Source of the DNA: a virus
Reading direction: 5' to 3' (one strand)
Virus record (IMG/VR): IMGVR_UViG_3300027987_000382
Location: 64,001-128,000 of that record
Length of the DNA stretch: 64,000 bases
Of this stretch, positions 38,592 to 49,733 are shown in pieces. The notes beneath the pieces were generated by a model that saw only the letters and a list, made by a program, of their open reading frames with translations, was not told the DNA's origin and did no database searches. Within the stretch, counting starts at the first letter, position 1. The number at the start of each line of letters is the position of its first letter. The position numbers and the translations under genes are program-made.

Positions 38592-38981
38592 ATGGAACGA
38601 TCAACGATCAGCAGTTGGATTCGTCAAGCACGATACCGTGCCAAGCGTCAAGATATCTACAGCGATTTGGAGATTTCCGATGTAGAGGAAATAATTGAGA
38701 GTTACGAGGACAAGTGTGCGTATTGTGGTGATGAAGCGGAGACTCTCGATCATCCGTTCCCACTAAAACCAACCGCACCGAATGTCCCCGCGAACATCCT
38801 GCCGTCGTGCAAGGACTGCAAGGCTCACAAGAAAAATAATGATCTTGTCTGGATGTTCTCGTCAGGCACGCTCGAGCAAGTAAAGTATCTCGAATTGCTC
38901 CAACAGATGTTCAGTCGCAAAGGTGGGGACACGATTAAGGAACACGTCAGAAAAGTGACTGGCCTCGTTGGAGACTCTTAG
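38592..38981 (+). CDS. HNH-like endonuclease
   Basis: CAYCG...LDHPFP...NILPSCKDC; start moved to ATG 38592. Confidence 0.75.
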   Translation: MERSTISSWIRQARYRAKRQDIYSDLEISDVEEIIESYEDKCAYCGDEAETLDHPFPLKPTAPNVPANILPSCKDCKAHKKNNDLVWMFSSGTLEQVKYLELLQQMFSRKGGDTIKEHVRKVTGLVGDS

Positions 38982-39240
38982 CGTGTCGAAAAAACCTTAT
39001 CCTGGCTTCTCGCCAAATTACAAGACTGTGGACGAAACCGCAGGCTTCAAGAGAACGTGCATTGTTCTCGAATTTCTCAGCATCGGACCGCTCGAATCAA
39101 CGCATCTGGCTCTAATCCAAGAGCAGCTTGAAGCTCTCACAGAACGACTACAAAGACAAATTCCATACGTCGAAAACACGGACGTCGTCCTCCCAGACCG
39201 TTTCGACCCGGTCCTGAAGGAGGGTCTCCGGCTCTCATGA
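38968..39240 (+). CDS. hypothetical protein
   Basis: 90-aa ORF overlapping the HNH gene. Confidence 0.55.
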   Translation: METLSVSKKPYPGFSPNYKTVDETAGFKRTCIVLEFLSIGPLESTHLALIQEQLEALTERLQRQIPYVENTDVVLPDRFDPVLKEGLRLS

Positions 39241-39320
39241 ATCACGTGTTCTCGAATGGTAGTTCTCTGTATTTGAGGAAGTACCAATTGTAGTCCTCAT
39301 TTAACGGGGACCATTGCGTT

Positions 39321-39348
39321 GCAACAATTCGCCGTTTCAACGTATTGA
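39321..39348 (+). promoter_or_regulatory. bipartite promoter candidate GCAACAAT-N13-GTATTGA
   Basis: Matches 9700-9727; followed by GGAGG RBS and ATG 39367. Confidence 0.6.
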
Positions 39349-39366
39349 TCTCCGGAGGATTGACTG

Positions 39367-40197
39367 ATGAGCACAAATTCGGGTGGACGTGAGAGGTTCC
39401 CAACAGGCCAAGAGGTCCAGATACTACTGTTGACAGGCCAAGTAGATCCAAAGATCTACGTCGTCGAACCAGAGCCGGTCGAAACGACCGACGAAGATGA
39501 CAACGAAGCCGAAAACATCGTACCAGACTTCGTCAGAGCCGACAGGAAAGGGCACGTCCCGCTCCGCGAGAAGGACGGCACCCGCACTTGCAAGATTCAC
39601 TTTCGCCGGATTCTTCCGCTGGACTCAGATGGCAAAGCGACTGTCATTGAGTCGAGTGATAAATACCGTGCGATTTGTCCGAAGTGTGGGAACGTATTCG
39701 ATGTTGGACCGGATTGTGAACGGATCAACTGCCCCAATGACGGCGAATTCGAGTTATCCTGGCTAGGAGTCAAACCCATGACAACAGAGACGAAGAAGGA
39801 AACCACCACCGCCACTGCTCCGAAGAGCAAGAGCGATACGAAGGACAAGCCCAAGCCCGAAAAGAAGAAAGTCGCCAAAGAGCCGGTGCTCGTCGACTTC
39901 AAGGCCCTCGAAAGCCTCGATGGATGCGAACTCTGGACGAAAAAGAACGTCAAATTCGACCATCCCGAAGTTGACGTCAGGGCACACGTCCTGCTCTTCA
40001 CCGGCGAATCGCCGCGTAAGTATTGCTTCAACACGTACAACGGTGCTCTCGGCAAAAAGTCCACCGCAATCCACACGGACGAATTCATCGCCGACAAGCC
40101 CATCAAGGGAGCGAAGAAAGATCGCCCCTGGTTCGCCGTCAAAGACCTCGACAAAGAGCGAGAACGCCTCACCAAGAACGGCTACGAGCAGTCCTGA
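39367..40197 (+). CDS. hypothetical protein with Zn ribbon and Lys-rich linker
   Basis: CPKC...CPND; GGAGG RBS. Confidence 0.75.
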   Translation: MSTNSGGRERFPTGQEVQILLLTGQVDPKIYVVEPEPVETTDEDDNEAENIVPDFVRADRKGHVPLREKDGTRTCKIHFRRILPLDSDGKATVIESSDKYRAICPKCGNVFDVGPDCERINCPNDGEFELSWLGVKPMTTETKKETTTATAPKSKSDTKDKPKPEKKKVAKEPVLVDFKALESLDGCELWTKKNVKFDHPEVDVRAHVLLFTGESPRKYCFNTYNGALGKKSTAIHTDEFIADKPIKGAKKDRPWFAVKDLDKERERLTKNGYEQS

Positions 40198-40253
40198 GTC
40201 CCGTCGACAACTGGACACGGCCGTCCGAATCCCCATAGCAACGGAGTGCAGAC

Positions 40254-40451
40254 ATGCTAGTTCTGTCACGTAAAAAGAACGAATCGATCGTGATCAGCAA
40301 CGACATCGTGATCACGGTCGTCGAAATCCGGGGCGACAAAGTCCGCCTCGGAATCGAGGCACCGAAAGAGATCCCCGTCCATCGCTCCGAAGTCAAGGAC
40401 GCGATCGATCGGGATGCTGCAAAAGCAGCAAAAGCTAACACGTCAGTGTAA
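40254..40451 (+). CDS. csrA: carbon storage regulator CsrA/RsmA RNA-binding translational regulator
   Basis: MLVLSRKKNESIVI...KVRLGIEAPKEIPVHRSEV. Confidence 0.96.
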   Translation: MLVLSRKKNESIVISNDIVITVVEIRGDKVRLGIEAPKEIPVHRSEVKDAIDRDAAKAAKANTSV

Positions 40452-40469
40452 CGCAATCCGCCGTCCGTG

Positions 40470-40500
40470 GTCGAGAGCCGGGTCCTGCCCGGCTCTCGGC
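40470..40500 (+). terminator. strong GC-rich hairpin downstream of csrA (terminator or processing site; no U-tract)
   Basis: CGAGAGCCGGG-tcctg-CCCGGCTCTCG. Confidence 0.5.
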
Positions 40501-40512
40501 GTATATAATCCC

Positions 40513-40794
40513 ATGGATGAACACACCCCAATCGACGGTGAATACGGCCTCGATTACCAGCTCTTCGTCATGCGACGAATGATCGAGCAACTCCCGCCCG
40601 ATCTCGCAACCTCTCTAAACGGACAATTGGATTCCATTATAGAAGCCATCAAGAACCGCTTCAAAATTGTCCGAGACAACATCGAAAACAATCTCGATGA
40701 CGCCGTCCTGGCCGTCAAAATGCTCGAATTCGACCTACAAGCGACGAAGAATGAACGAGACACCCTCCAAGAACGTCTCGACGGCTCTCCCTGA
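40513..40794 (+). CDS. hypothetical coiled-coil protein
   Basis: ATG 40513 just after GTATATAAT. Confidence 0.65.
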   Translation: MDEHTPIDGEYGLDYQLFVMRRMIEQLPPDLATSLNGQLDSIIEAIKNRFKIVRDNIENNLDDAVLAVKMLEFDLQATKNERDTLQERLDGSP

Positions 40795-40878
40795 GCCTTT
40801 CTAGCCCTCTCCGCCCTCAGCCCCACCGCTTCCAGAATTCAAAGGAAGCCAAGAGAGAAGCTCGGAGCCACATAGTAG

Positions 40879-42261
<1,383 letters not shown>

Positions 42262-42265
<4 letters not shown>

Positions 42266-42456
42266 GCGACGACGCCCCCGACACAGCGGAATCGGATAGT
42301 CCACGCGAGCAGAAACGACGGCAAGTTCAACGGCACTGGTTCGACCAGCAGCCAGAGAAGAAGCAAGACGAGATTATCAAGCCTCACTTCGACGCCGAAC
42401 ACAAGACGTCTGAAGACGTCAAAAAAGCCGTCAAAGACTTTGAGGAGTATCAGTGA
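42262..42456 (+). CDS. hypothetical protein
   Basis: 64 aa, coupled on both sides, AAGGAG RBS. Confidence 0.6.
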
Positions 42457-43181
42457 GCAAGCTCACTTTGATGGTTTCGATCTACAACAGCGGTGATTGG
42501 ATCGCAAACCGACTCAAAAACATCCTCTGCAGCACCGTCATCAACGACATCGAAGTCTGGTGCGTGAACGCGAATAGCCCAGACGAACGAGATCACGATG
42601 TCCCGCTAGCGTTCTCACAACAACACCCACAAATCAAGTACGAACGGCTCGCAGACAGGATTTCTGTTTACGAGACCTGGAACTATATCATCAAGAGATC
42701 ACAGAGCACCTACATCGCCAATGCGAACACAGACGATATCGTATCACCAGTGTGCTACGAAACCCTGATGGGTGCTCTAGACTCTGAAGGGCCTGGGTGC
42801 GGACTAGCATATTGCAGTTGGTACACAACTGGAAGGCCGAACCAAGAATGGGCCAAGATGGTAGCCGCCGCTCCAGACGGAAAGCCCGGCAACTACGCTG
42901 GAAATATTGACACAGCAGGAGTAGGTCATTTCCCATTATGGAGACGCTCTTTACACGACGAGATCGGTCTCTTCGACACTTCGTTCCAAGCTCTCGCTGA
43001 TGCCGACTGGTGGGCAAGAATCTACTACGTAGCCAAAAAGCGATTGAGGTGGATCAATCAAGACCTTGGCCTTTACCTGTGGCGTAACGGCCAAAATCTT
43101 TGGCATCAGAAAGTGAACGGAGAGGAATGGCGGAAATACCACAGCAAACTGGCGATGTACAAGCAAGGAAAGTTGGAGTAG
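42453..43181 (+). CDS. GT2-family glycosyltransferase
   Basis: SIYN, YETWN, NTDD, WRRSLH, D.DWWAR. Confidence 0.85.
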   Translation: MSKLTLMVSIYNSGDWIANRLKNILCSTVINDIEVWCVNANSPDERDHDVPLAFSQQHPQIKYERLADRISVYETWNYIIKRSQSTYIANANTDDIVSPVCYETLMGALDSEGPGCGLAYCSWYTTGRPNQEWAKMVAAAPDGKPGNYAGNIDTAGVGHFPLWRRSLHDEIGLFDTSFQALADADWWARIYYVAKKRLRWINQDLGLYLWRNGQNLWHQKVNGEEWRKYHSKLAMYKQGKLE

Positions 43182-43963
43182 AATCCGCACACGGATTCGG
43201 CGATTGCCTCTTCAACGCTCCGCTCATCAAAGCCATCGGCGAGAAACACGGCACCACAGTCGATGTGACCGTACGCCCTCACTGTGCCGATGCCTTCACC
43301 AACTTTCCCTTCATCGGTAAAATCATCCACGTCCAAGAGATGAACCACGGAGTCAGACTCTTACGACAGCAAGGATACCAGCACGTCTACCAAATCACAC
43401 AGAACGTCAAATTCTTCGAATTCAGACAACACGATAATCATCACTCACTCATTGACACCCCGGCCCTGACTGGCAAACAGATCGGCGTCGAATTCGACCC
43501 ACGGCCCCTGTTTGCCGCCTCACCAAAAGAATTAGCCGCCGCCAGCTCTCTCCCAGACGTGCCGACGATCGCCATCGAGAGCGTCTATAAATCAGCTCAG
43601 AGCTGGGCTCAGCGAAATCACGTGATGGAGATCGTCGAGAAATTCAAGAGCACACATCGCATCTTGTGGCTCAGCAACGAAGGTTGCCCTAACGCCCCGA
43701 ACATTGACAACATGCTTCGCTTCAGCAGACGCGAATGCATCATGTGTCTCCAAAAATGCTCGTACTTCTTTTCGGTTGGCTCAGGCTTCTTCTGTGCGTC
43801 GCTCGCCCTTCCAAAAGAATGCCAGCCGAAACACATCGTCTGTCTCTGGACGGATGATCTGTATAGATACGAGGGACGCTTGAGCGAATTCAAATGGCAC
43901 CCACAAATAACATGGATTCACAATGCCCGTGATCTGACAACGGCTTTGCAGATTATCAGATAA
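43127..43963 (+). CDS. GT9-like (heptosyltransferase-fold) glycosyltransferase
   Basis: HGFGDCLF...P.IKAI, N.P.I, FSVGSG. Confidence 0.6.
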   Translation: MAEIPQQTGDVQARKVGVESAHGFGDCLFNAPLIKAIGEKHGTTVDVTVRPHCADAFTNFPFIGKIIHVQEMNHGVRLLRQQGYQHVYQITQNVKFFEFRQHDNHHSLIDTPALTGKQIGVEFDPRPLFAASPKELAAASSLPDVPTIAIESVYKSAQSWAQRNHVMEIVEKFKSTHRILWLSNEGCPNAPNIDNMLRFSRRECIMCLQKCSYFFSVGSGFFCASLALPKECQPKHIVCLWTDDLYRYEGRLSEFKWHPQITWIHNARDLTTALQIIR

Positions 43964-44673
43964 TGCAAGAAAAACTGTGTACAATCCTGGTCGCCCTCTG
44001 GCATGCTGGCCGCTTCATTGAGGCCAAGCTCAAGAACTTGAGTGCACTGGAAGGATTCGACAACTGCTGGATAGTGCTGTTGAATTGCCTGGATCATGAT
44101 GATGTATCGAAGAAATATGCATATTTCCTCGAGCATCCAAACGTTCTCGAAATCAAGTACGACCAGCAGGTCAACCTATACCCAACCTGGAACGACGGCA
44201 TCAAAGCGACGTCATCGAGATTTGTTATGAACAGCAATGTTGATGACATGTTGCACCCGACATACGTCCAACGATGTTGCGGTTGGTTGGATTCGCATCC
44301 TCAATTCGCTTGTGTGTCATCCAGTGTACTCGTGACACACTCACCAAATCAAGATGACCATACCAAATGGGAATGGCAACGAAAAATGCCGTTTTACCCA
44401 TATCCACATTCGTCGGCCGGACCATGCCCTGTGTGGCGTAGATCATTACACGGAAAATATGGATATTTTGGCGACTATCGCGTCATTGGTGACGCCAGAA
44501 TGTGGGAGAAATGGCTGGCGAATGGCGAACAATTCGGCCTAGTCAAGGAAGATCTTGTCCTGTACTACAGGCACAACAGCTCGCTAGAGATGAGATTCGA
44601 CGAAAACGGAACCATGTATCGAGACCTGGACCTTGCGGAAGATAAAGCCAAATCTGAAGCGGCAAAAGATTAG
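43963..44673 (+). CDS. GT2-family glycosyltransferase (paralogue of 42453..43181)
   Basis: YPTWN, NVDD, WRRSLH, GDARMW. Confidence 0.85.
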   Translation: MQEKLCTILVALWHAGRFIEAKLKNLSALEGFDNCWIVLLNCLDHDDVSKKYAYFLEHPNVLEIKYDQQVNLYPTWNDGIKATSSRFVMNSNVDDMLHPTYVQRCCGWLDSHPQFACVSSSVLVTHSPNQDDHTKWEWQRKMPFYPYPHSSAGPCPVWRRSLHGKYGYFGDYRVIGDARMWEKWLANGEQFGLVKEDLVLYYRHNSSLEMRFDENGTMYRDLDLAEDKAKSEAAKD

Positions 44674-45670
44674 AAAAGAACCAATCGTACGCCGCCTTGT
44701 TAGGACTACGCCGCGAGATCGGCCAGCGTCTCCAGCTGTCGCTGTACCAACCAAGAGTCCACCAACCTACACTAAAGACTCCCGCAAGAAGATCGCTTTG
44801 ATTCAGACCGGATGTTGGGGAGATAACGTCAATAGTACATTGATGTTCGGGCCGATAAAAAACCGTTTCAACGATTGCATCATTGACGTTCATACCTCGA
44901 CCCTGTATGAATCAGCCTTCACCAACAACCCCCTCATCGACCACATCGTCACTTACTCGGCGGATCGCAAGCAAGACGCATTGCATCTGACAATGACGAT
45001 TCCACCTAAGATCGTTTCTGCCGGATACGATATGGTGTTTGCCCCGCATCCGATGTATAACGGAGACAAGTGGAAAAGCATACTGCACCCAGATCTCGGC
45101 GACAATCTCATTTTCGCCTGGGTCAGAGCACTCGAAGACGCCAAAATTCCTTATGAGCTGCCGCTTGAGACTATCTTACGGCTGACGTCTCACGAGATCA
45201 ACAACGTCGTCAAATTCAAGACCAAAATCAAGACGTTCAACAAGTTTCGTAATATTCTGATGGAGGTGCATGGGGAATCTGGTCAGACATTCTGGGACCA
45301 CACGTGGACGGTCGCGGTTGGGAAATATCTGCTGGAAAATGAAGAGACAAATCTCTTTATAAGTCGCAAGAACACCAGTGGTGACGTTCAGGAGTTGGCT
45401 GCACTCGCTCCGGGCAGAGTGTTCTTTGTAGGGACACTCAGCATTAGAGAATGTGCGGAGTTATTCAACCACTGCGATGCCTTCTTCAGTGTGTCAAGCG
45501 GATTGTCGAACGCTTGCAATACGAATTGGTGCAAAAACGACATCAAATGGATCGAAACGATCAACTCACAAGCAGTGTCAAGTGCACCGATCCGTAAAGA
45601 AGGGAAGGTCTTCTGGACTCACAATGACAAGAAGAAATTCTTCCACATGCTCAAAGACGAGGGATTATGA
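44633..45670 (+). CDS. GT9-like glycosyltransferase with basic N-terminal extension
   Basis: GCWGDNV, NNPLID, LSIRECAEL, SVSSGL. Confidence 0.6.
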   Translation: MRKIKPNLKRQKIRKEPIVRRLVRTTPRDRPASPAVAVPTKSPPTYTKDSRKKIALIQTGCWGDNVNSTLMFGPIKNRFNDCIIDVHTSTLYESAFTNNPLIDHIVTYSADRKQDALHLTMTIPPKIVSAGYDMVFAPHPMYNGDKWKSILHPDLGDNLIFAWVRALEDAKIPYELPLETILRLTSHEINNVVKFKTKIKTFNKFRNILMEVHGESGQTFWDHTWTVAVGKYLLENEETNLFISRKNTSGDVQELAALAPGRVFFVGTLSIRECAELFNHCDAFFSVSSGLSNACNTNWCKNDIKWIETINSQAVSSAPIRKEGKVFWTHNDKKKFFHMLKDEGL

Positions 45671-46092
45671 ATGTCACAATCACCCTCCTGCAAGCCGGTG
45701 ACCTGTTCAACGGATTCCTTGAGACTCTCTCCGCCCTCCGTGATCCAGAGCTGACTCCGGACGAAGCACGACAGCTCAACGACATTCGTCGAGAGAGCGG
45801 TATCGACACTTACGTCGCCAAAATGGCAGATGAGGTCGTCGGAACTTTCTCTGTGTTTATTGAGAGGAAGTTCATCCACAAAGGCGGCAAAGTTGCACAC
45901 ATCGAAGACGTAGCTGTCCGCGAGGACATGCAACGTAAAGGCATCGGTAAAGCAATGATGCAGGCGGTCGACTCAATCGCAAACCTTGCTGGATGCTACA
46001 AGATCATTCTTGATTGCGGCGATCACAATATCGGCTTCTACGAGAAATGTGGCTATCGCCTGCACGAGAAGATGATGAGAAAGGATACATAG
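45667..46092 (+). CDS. glucosamine-6-phosphate N-acetyltransferase (GNA1-type GNAT)
   Basis: IERKFIH.GG.VAHIEDVAV, QRKGIG, CYKIILDC, FYEKCG. Confidence 0.88.
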   Translation: MNVTITLLQAGDLFNGFLETLSALRDPELTPDEARQLNDIRRESGIDTYVAKMADEVVGTFSVFIERKFIHKGGKVAHIEDVAVREDMQRKGIGKAMMQAVDSIANLAGCYKIILDCGDHNIGFYEKCGYRLHEKMMRKDT

Positions 46093-46114
46093 TTTCGCTT
46101 CTAGGGGCTCCCCA

Positions 46115-46132
46115 CGGATTATAGGAGATCCG
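46115..46132 (+). promoter_or_regulatory. hairpin with GGA/RBS in the loop (candidate CsrA site)
   Basis: CGGAT-tataggag-ATCCG immediately before ATG 46136. Confidence 0.45.
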
Positions 46133-46135
46133 AAA

Positions 46136-46504
46136 ATGAGAGGTCGTATCGCTATCGTTATGCTGATCGTTCTATTCCTCGCAAGTGACGAAGCTCACGC
46201 AAGACGTCGGTTCAGGCGATCCGCGTCAAATTCCGGCAACAACGTCGGAACAGAATGGACGGGGGCAGTCGCGATTCGTGAAGACGACCAGGCAGCCTGC
46301 CAACGCGAAGCAGAATACATGGCCAAACACGGAATTCGTGGCCACGTCTTCGGGGTTATTGGCAGATTCGAAGGATGCGGTTGGGGAGCAAGAGGAAAGA
46401 ACCGTTGTGGTACCTGTCGACCCGGCTGGAACGCGACACTCACCGGCGATGCCGAAGCAACATCATCCTGGGGAGAAAAGTTCAGGGTTAGGTCTTGGAG
46501 GTAA
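46136..46504 (+). CDS. small secreted Cys-containing protein
   Basis: Signal peptide ending AHA, then GHV.G.IG.FEG.GW and C..C. Confidence 0.7.
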   Translation: MRGRIAIVMLIVLFLASDEAHARRRFRRSASNSGNNVGTEWTGAVAIREDDQAACQREAEYMAKHGIRGHVFGVIGRFEGCGWGARGKNRCGTCRPGWNATLTGDAEATSSWGEKFRVRSWR

Positions 46505-46505
46505 T

Positions 46506-46808
46506 TTGTACTACTACAGAGTCCTCTCAGGACCAACCAGAGTCGGCGAAGACGAACACGGTGCACGTGTCTCCTGTTTCAATATCTTGCCAGCTGGCGA
46601 ATCATTAGAAGGAAACGTGCCCATCATCGGATGCGAACTTGATCTGACGGATCAGCAAGGACTCGCAATCAGGAAGATGATGCAAGAGATTGACGTCTTC
46701 TTTGACGATTACATGTACGAGTACAGGGCACAATACCAACAAAAAGATGAAGAAGGCAAACTGAAGCGAATCCTCCTTGAGGTCAAGAACGGAATAAAGG
46801 TCAGATGA
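46506..46808 (+). CDS. hypothetical protein
   Basis: GGAGG RBS before TTG 46506; 3' part of ORF 46185..46808. Confidence 0.6.
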   Translation: MYYYRVLSGPTRVGEDEHGARVSCFNILPAGESLEGNVPIIGCELDLTDQQGLAIRKMMQEIDVFFDDYMYEYRAQYQQKDEEGKLKRILLEVKNGIKVR

Positions 46809-47770
46809 GAATTCACTTCGTGTACGCTTTCGATCCCGATAATGGTGTTCTGCAATCACCGTACAGCATCACTCGTAATCTCCACCGCTATCTCAAAGCA
46901 CGAGCGGAAGTCGTCTACTACCAATGGGATCAGAAGAGAACTCCGGAGTTAAAGCCGGACGACATCTTCATCGGCCACCCACACTACGACCCAGACACCG
47001 TCGTCCAAAGAGTCTTCCGCAAGAACTTGCAATGTAAAGCACGTTGCACGATCCACCCATTACACACGGCCAGAGTCAACGACAACTGGCCATTCGACTT
47101 CATGGCTCAGCAGGCCAACAAGATCTTTTCGATCTGCGGTCCATACTGGGTGGATACCATCGAAAACACCGTCTTCAAGCATTGGAAGCCGAAGATCACC
47201 AGACTCGACATGGCGGTCGACGCCAACCACTTTCCATTCCTACGGAAGAAATTCCACGAATCCGGCAAAAGAAGACTCGTTTATATTGGCAGTGCTATGC
47301 CCCAGAAGAATCTTGGGTACATGGCACAGCTGATGTCCACCATGCCCGATGTCCAACTGGACTGGTACGGCGGAGACTCGAATCATCCACTAGCCAAATT
47401 GGCAAACGTCAGGACTTTTGGGTGGATGACTCTCAATTCTACTGTGGCTCAGAAGATCATTGATGACTGTGACATCATGATCAACACCAGCATCTCTGAC
47501 GCAAATCCGACGACACTGCTAGAAAGCCGAGCATGGGGATTAATCACGGCCTGCACACCACAGTCCGGCTATTACAACGACCCCTTCTTCACAGAATTGG
47601 ACCTCGGAGATCTCAAAAAGTCACGAGAGGCCCTTCGTTACCTTCTCCACGACGCAAGTAACGAAGAACTCATGGTACGTGCCATTAAATCCCGCAAAGA
47701 GATCGAAGATAAATACACGTGGGAGAATTTCTGTGGCACAGTCTGGCGAGAACTCGAAAAGTTCGCCTGA
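46805..47770 (+). CDS. GT4-family glycosyltransferase
   Basis: VYIG...QKN, DANPTTLLE, YTWE. Confidence 0.8.
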   Translation: MRIHFVYAFDPDNGVLQSPYSITRNLHRYLKARAEVVYYQWDQKRTPELKPDDIFIGHPHYDPDTVVQRVFRKNLQCKARCTIHPLHTARVNDNWPFDFMAQQANKIFSICGPYWVDTIENTVFKHWKPKITRLDMAVDANHFPFLRKKFHESGKRRLVYIGSAMPQKNLGYMAQLMSTMPDVQLDWYGGDSNHPLAKLANVRTFGWMTLNSTVAQKIIDDCDIMINTSISDANPTTLLESRAWGLITACTPQSGYYNDPFFTELDLGDLKKSREALRYLLHDASNEELMVRAIKSRKEIEDKYTWENFCGTVWRELEKFA

Positions 47771-47919
47771 GATCATCCCATTCGACACAGAATGCATCCT
47801 CTGCGGAAAGCCGTTCATAGAGGCTGAGTCAACTCGTATCGACAAATGCCCAGAATGCGTGGCTATCCAAGAAGCAGCAATCAAAAAAGACGTAGACGAA
47901 TGGCTTGCGAGGCAACAGA

Positions 47920-48999
47920 ATGCTTCTTCCGGTTCTAACTGACAAAATGCATTGTTGGGCTTGGAACCGCATATACGTCAAATCCAACGGCCGAGTCCCC
48001 TGCTGGTGTGACGCCGGAGAGATCAAAACAATCTGGCAAAAAGACTTTGGCGAATCAGACTTCGTCAAAGACCTCGTCAACGGCCCAGAGCTGCGAGAAA
48101 TGCGGCTCAAAGTCCTCCGCGACCAGCAATACTACATCGAAGAATGTGGCAGATGTTGCTGCATGATCGAAAAGGGCAAAGGCAGCCACTGGCGGTACCC
48201 TGACGGCGATCGCGACATCGACGTCGGCAAAATGAACGAAACCGCCCTCGGCATCTTGCGACGCGTCGCCAAAGTCAGAAAATGGCCCTACGGCAGCATC
48301 GACAAAATCGCCGAAATCCAGCTCGAGCCATCATTCCCATGCAATCTTCGCTGCCCAGGTTGTCTTCATGGCTGGCACAGCGACCCAATGAGCACAGAAG
48401 AGCGGCCATATTTCTTCCCGCTTGATTGGTTCACCAAAATGATCAAATCGATCGTCGTGAACCGCGTCACCCTAAAGCGGATCGCATTCGTAGGACGCGG
48501 AGAACCGACGCTCAATAAGCAATTCCCGGTCATGATCGATCACGCCAGGAGTCGTATCCCAGAAGTCCTCATGTCCATGGACACCAACAGTAATCAACCA
48601 TGGAGAGACGAGTACATCTGCCTCAATTGGATAAACTGCTCTATTGATGGGTCGACACCAGAAGCGTATTCGACCTATCGTCTGCGTGGTCGTTTCGCAC
48701 CAGCAATCCGATTTATGGAGAACGCTGTAGCCGCAAGAGATGCAGCCGGTGATACAACCAACTGCAAGATTCGCTGGAAATACATTCTATTTGACACAAC
48801 CGAATCAGATGAGCTGCTGAATCGGGCTCAACAGATGGCGAAGGATATCGGCATCGACGAGCTTGACTTCGTGATCACTACTGTCGGAGCATTCGACAAG
48901 ACGGTGAATCCAGCCACCAGATTCAAAACCATGGAACAGTTCAACGAATATCTGACAGGAAATCCGATATTCACAGGATCAATGGTGTCACGATCATGA
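47920..48999 (+). CDS. radical SAM protein with N-terminal SPASM/twitch domain
   Basis: N-terminal CWAW..IYV..NG.VPCWCD...C..C; CNLRCPGC; GEPTL; SIDG. Confidence 0.85.
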   Translation: MLLPVLTDKMHCWAWNRIYVKSNGRVPCWCDAGEIKTIWQKDFGESDFVKDLVNGPELREMRLKVLRDQQYYIEECGRCCCMIEKGKGSHWRYPDGDRDIDVGKMNETALGILRRVAKVRKWPYGSIDKIAEIQLEPSFPCNLRCPGCLHGWHSDPMSTEERPYFFPLDWFTKMIKSIVVNRVTLKRIAFVGRGEPTLNKQFPVMIDHARSRIPEVLMSMDTNSNQPWRDEYICLNWINCSIDGSTPEAYSTYRLRGRFAPAIRFMENAVAARDAAGDTTNCKIRWKYILFDTTESDELLNRAQQMAKDIGIDELDFVITTVGAFDKTVNPATRFKTMEQFNEYLTGNPIFTGSMVSRS

Positions 49000-49733
49000 C
49001 TCACCCATTCAATGACATGAACCAGTGGGTCGGCTCTCCAGTCGACTACCGAACCGGCGACAAGGCCAAACAAGCCCTAACAGAAATCAACGACAACCGA
49101 TATTGGAACGACGAAACTGGCAGCATCCTCGTGGACGATGCCCGCTGGCGACAAGCTCAGCAATACGAACACGACACCTGGATGAAGCACGGCCTCGGCA
49201 CGAGTACCGATCGGGATAACCAACATACCGCCAATTTCGGCAATTACGACGTCGTTCCCAAACATCTTCATCATTTGGTGGAGATTGGTTGCGGTCCCTT
49301 CACACAGACCTACAACATTCTACAGGGACGGCTAGCAGACTCTATCACTCTGGTCGACCCACTTCTGAACGAATATCTCAGACACCCGCATTGTCGTTAT
49401 CGGAAACTCCAGACTCCAGGATCGCCAAAACCACCAATCCTCAAACCGATCCCGGCGGAAGACTTTGACGGTAAGGGCTTCGACACAGCTGTCTGCATCA
49501 ACGTGCTAGAGCACGTGCGAGATGCCACCAAAGTCATGGAGAACCTCGTTGGCTGCCTCCGTAAAGGCGGCACCCTGATCTTCCATGACAGGACTTATGA
49601 CGGCCTCGATATCACAAAGATCTATGATATCGGTCACCCAATACGGATTACGACGAAGTTCCTTGAACCGTTTCTTAAACAATTCACGCCCCTACGCGTG
49701 CACGGGGATTATTTCATAGGTCAGAAGGAGTGA
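48996..49733 (+). CDS. class I SAM-dependent methyltransferase
   Basis: EIGCGP, VDPL, NVLEHV, LRKGG. Confidence 0.85.
   Translation: MTHPFNDMNQWVGSPVDYRTGDKAKQALTEINDNRYWNDETGSILVDDARWRQAQQYEHDTWMKHGLGTSTDRDNQHTANFGNYDVVPKHLHHLVEIGCGPFTQTYNILQGRLADSITLVDPLLNEYLRHPHCRYRKLQTPGSPKPPILKPIPAEDFDGKGFDTAVCINVLEHVRDATKVMENLVGCLRKGGTLIFHDRTYDGLDITKIYDIGHPIRITTKFLEPFLKQFTPLRVHGDYFIGQKE

Noticed and set aside
38592-38981. HNH gene as part of a mobile intron or intein
   Set aside because: No interrupted host gene or splice motifs nearby; treated as free-standing.
39597-40269. Long antisense ORFs (also 7385-8017, 54026-54631, 24834-25370)
   Set aside because: Shadow frames of well-supported genes with biased codon usage; no motifs.
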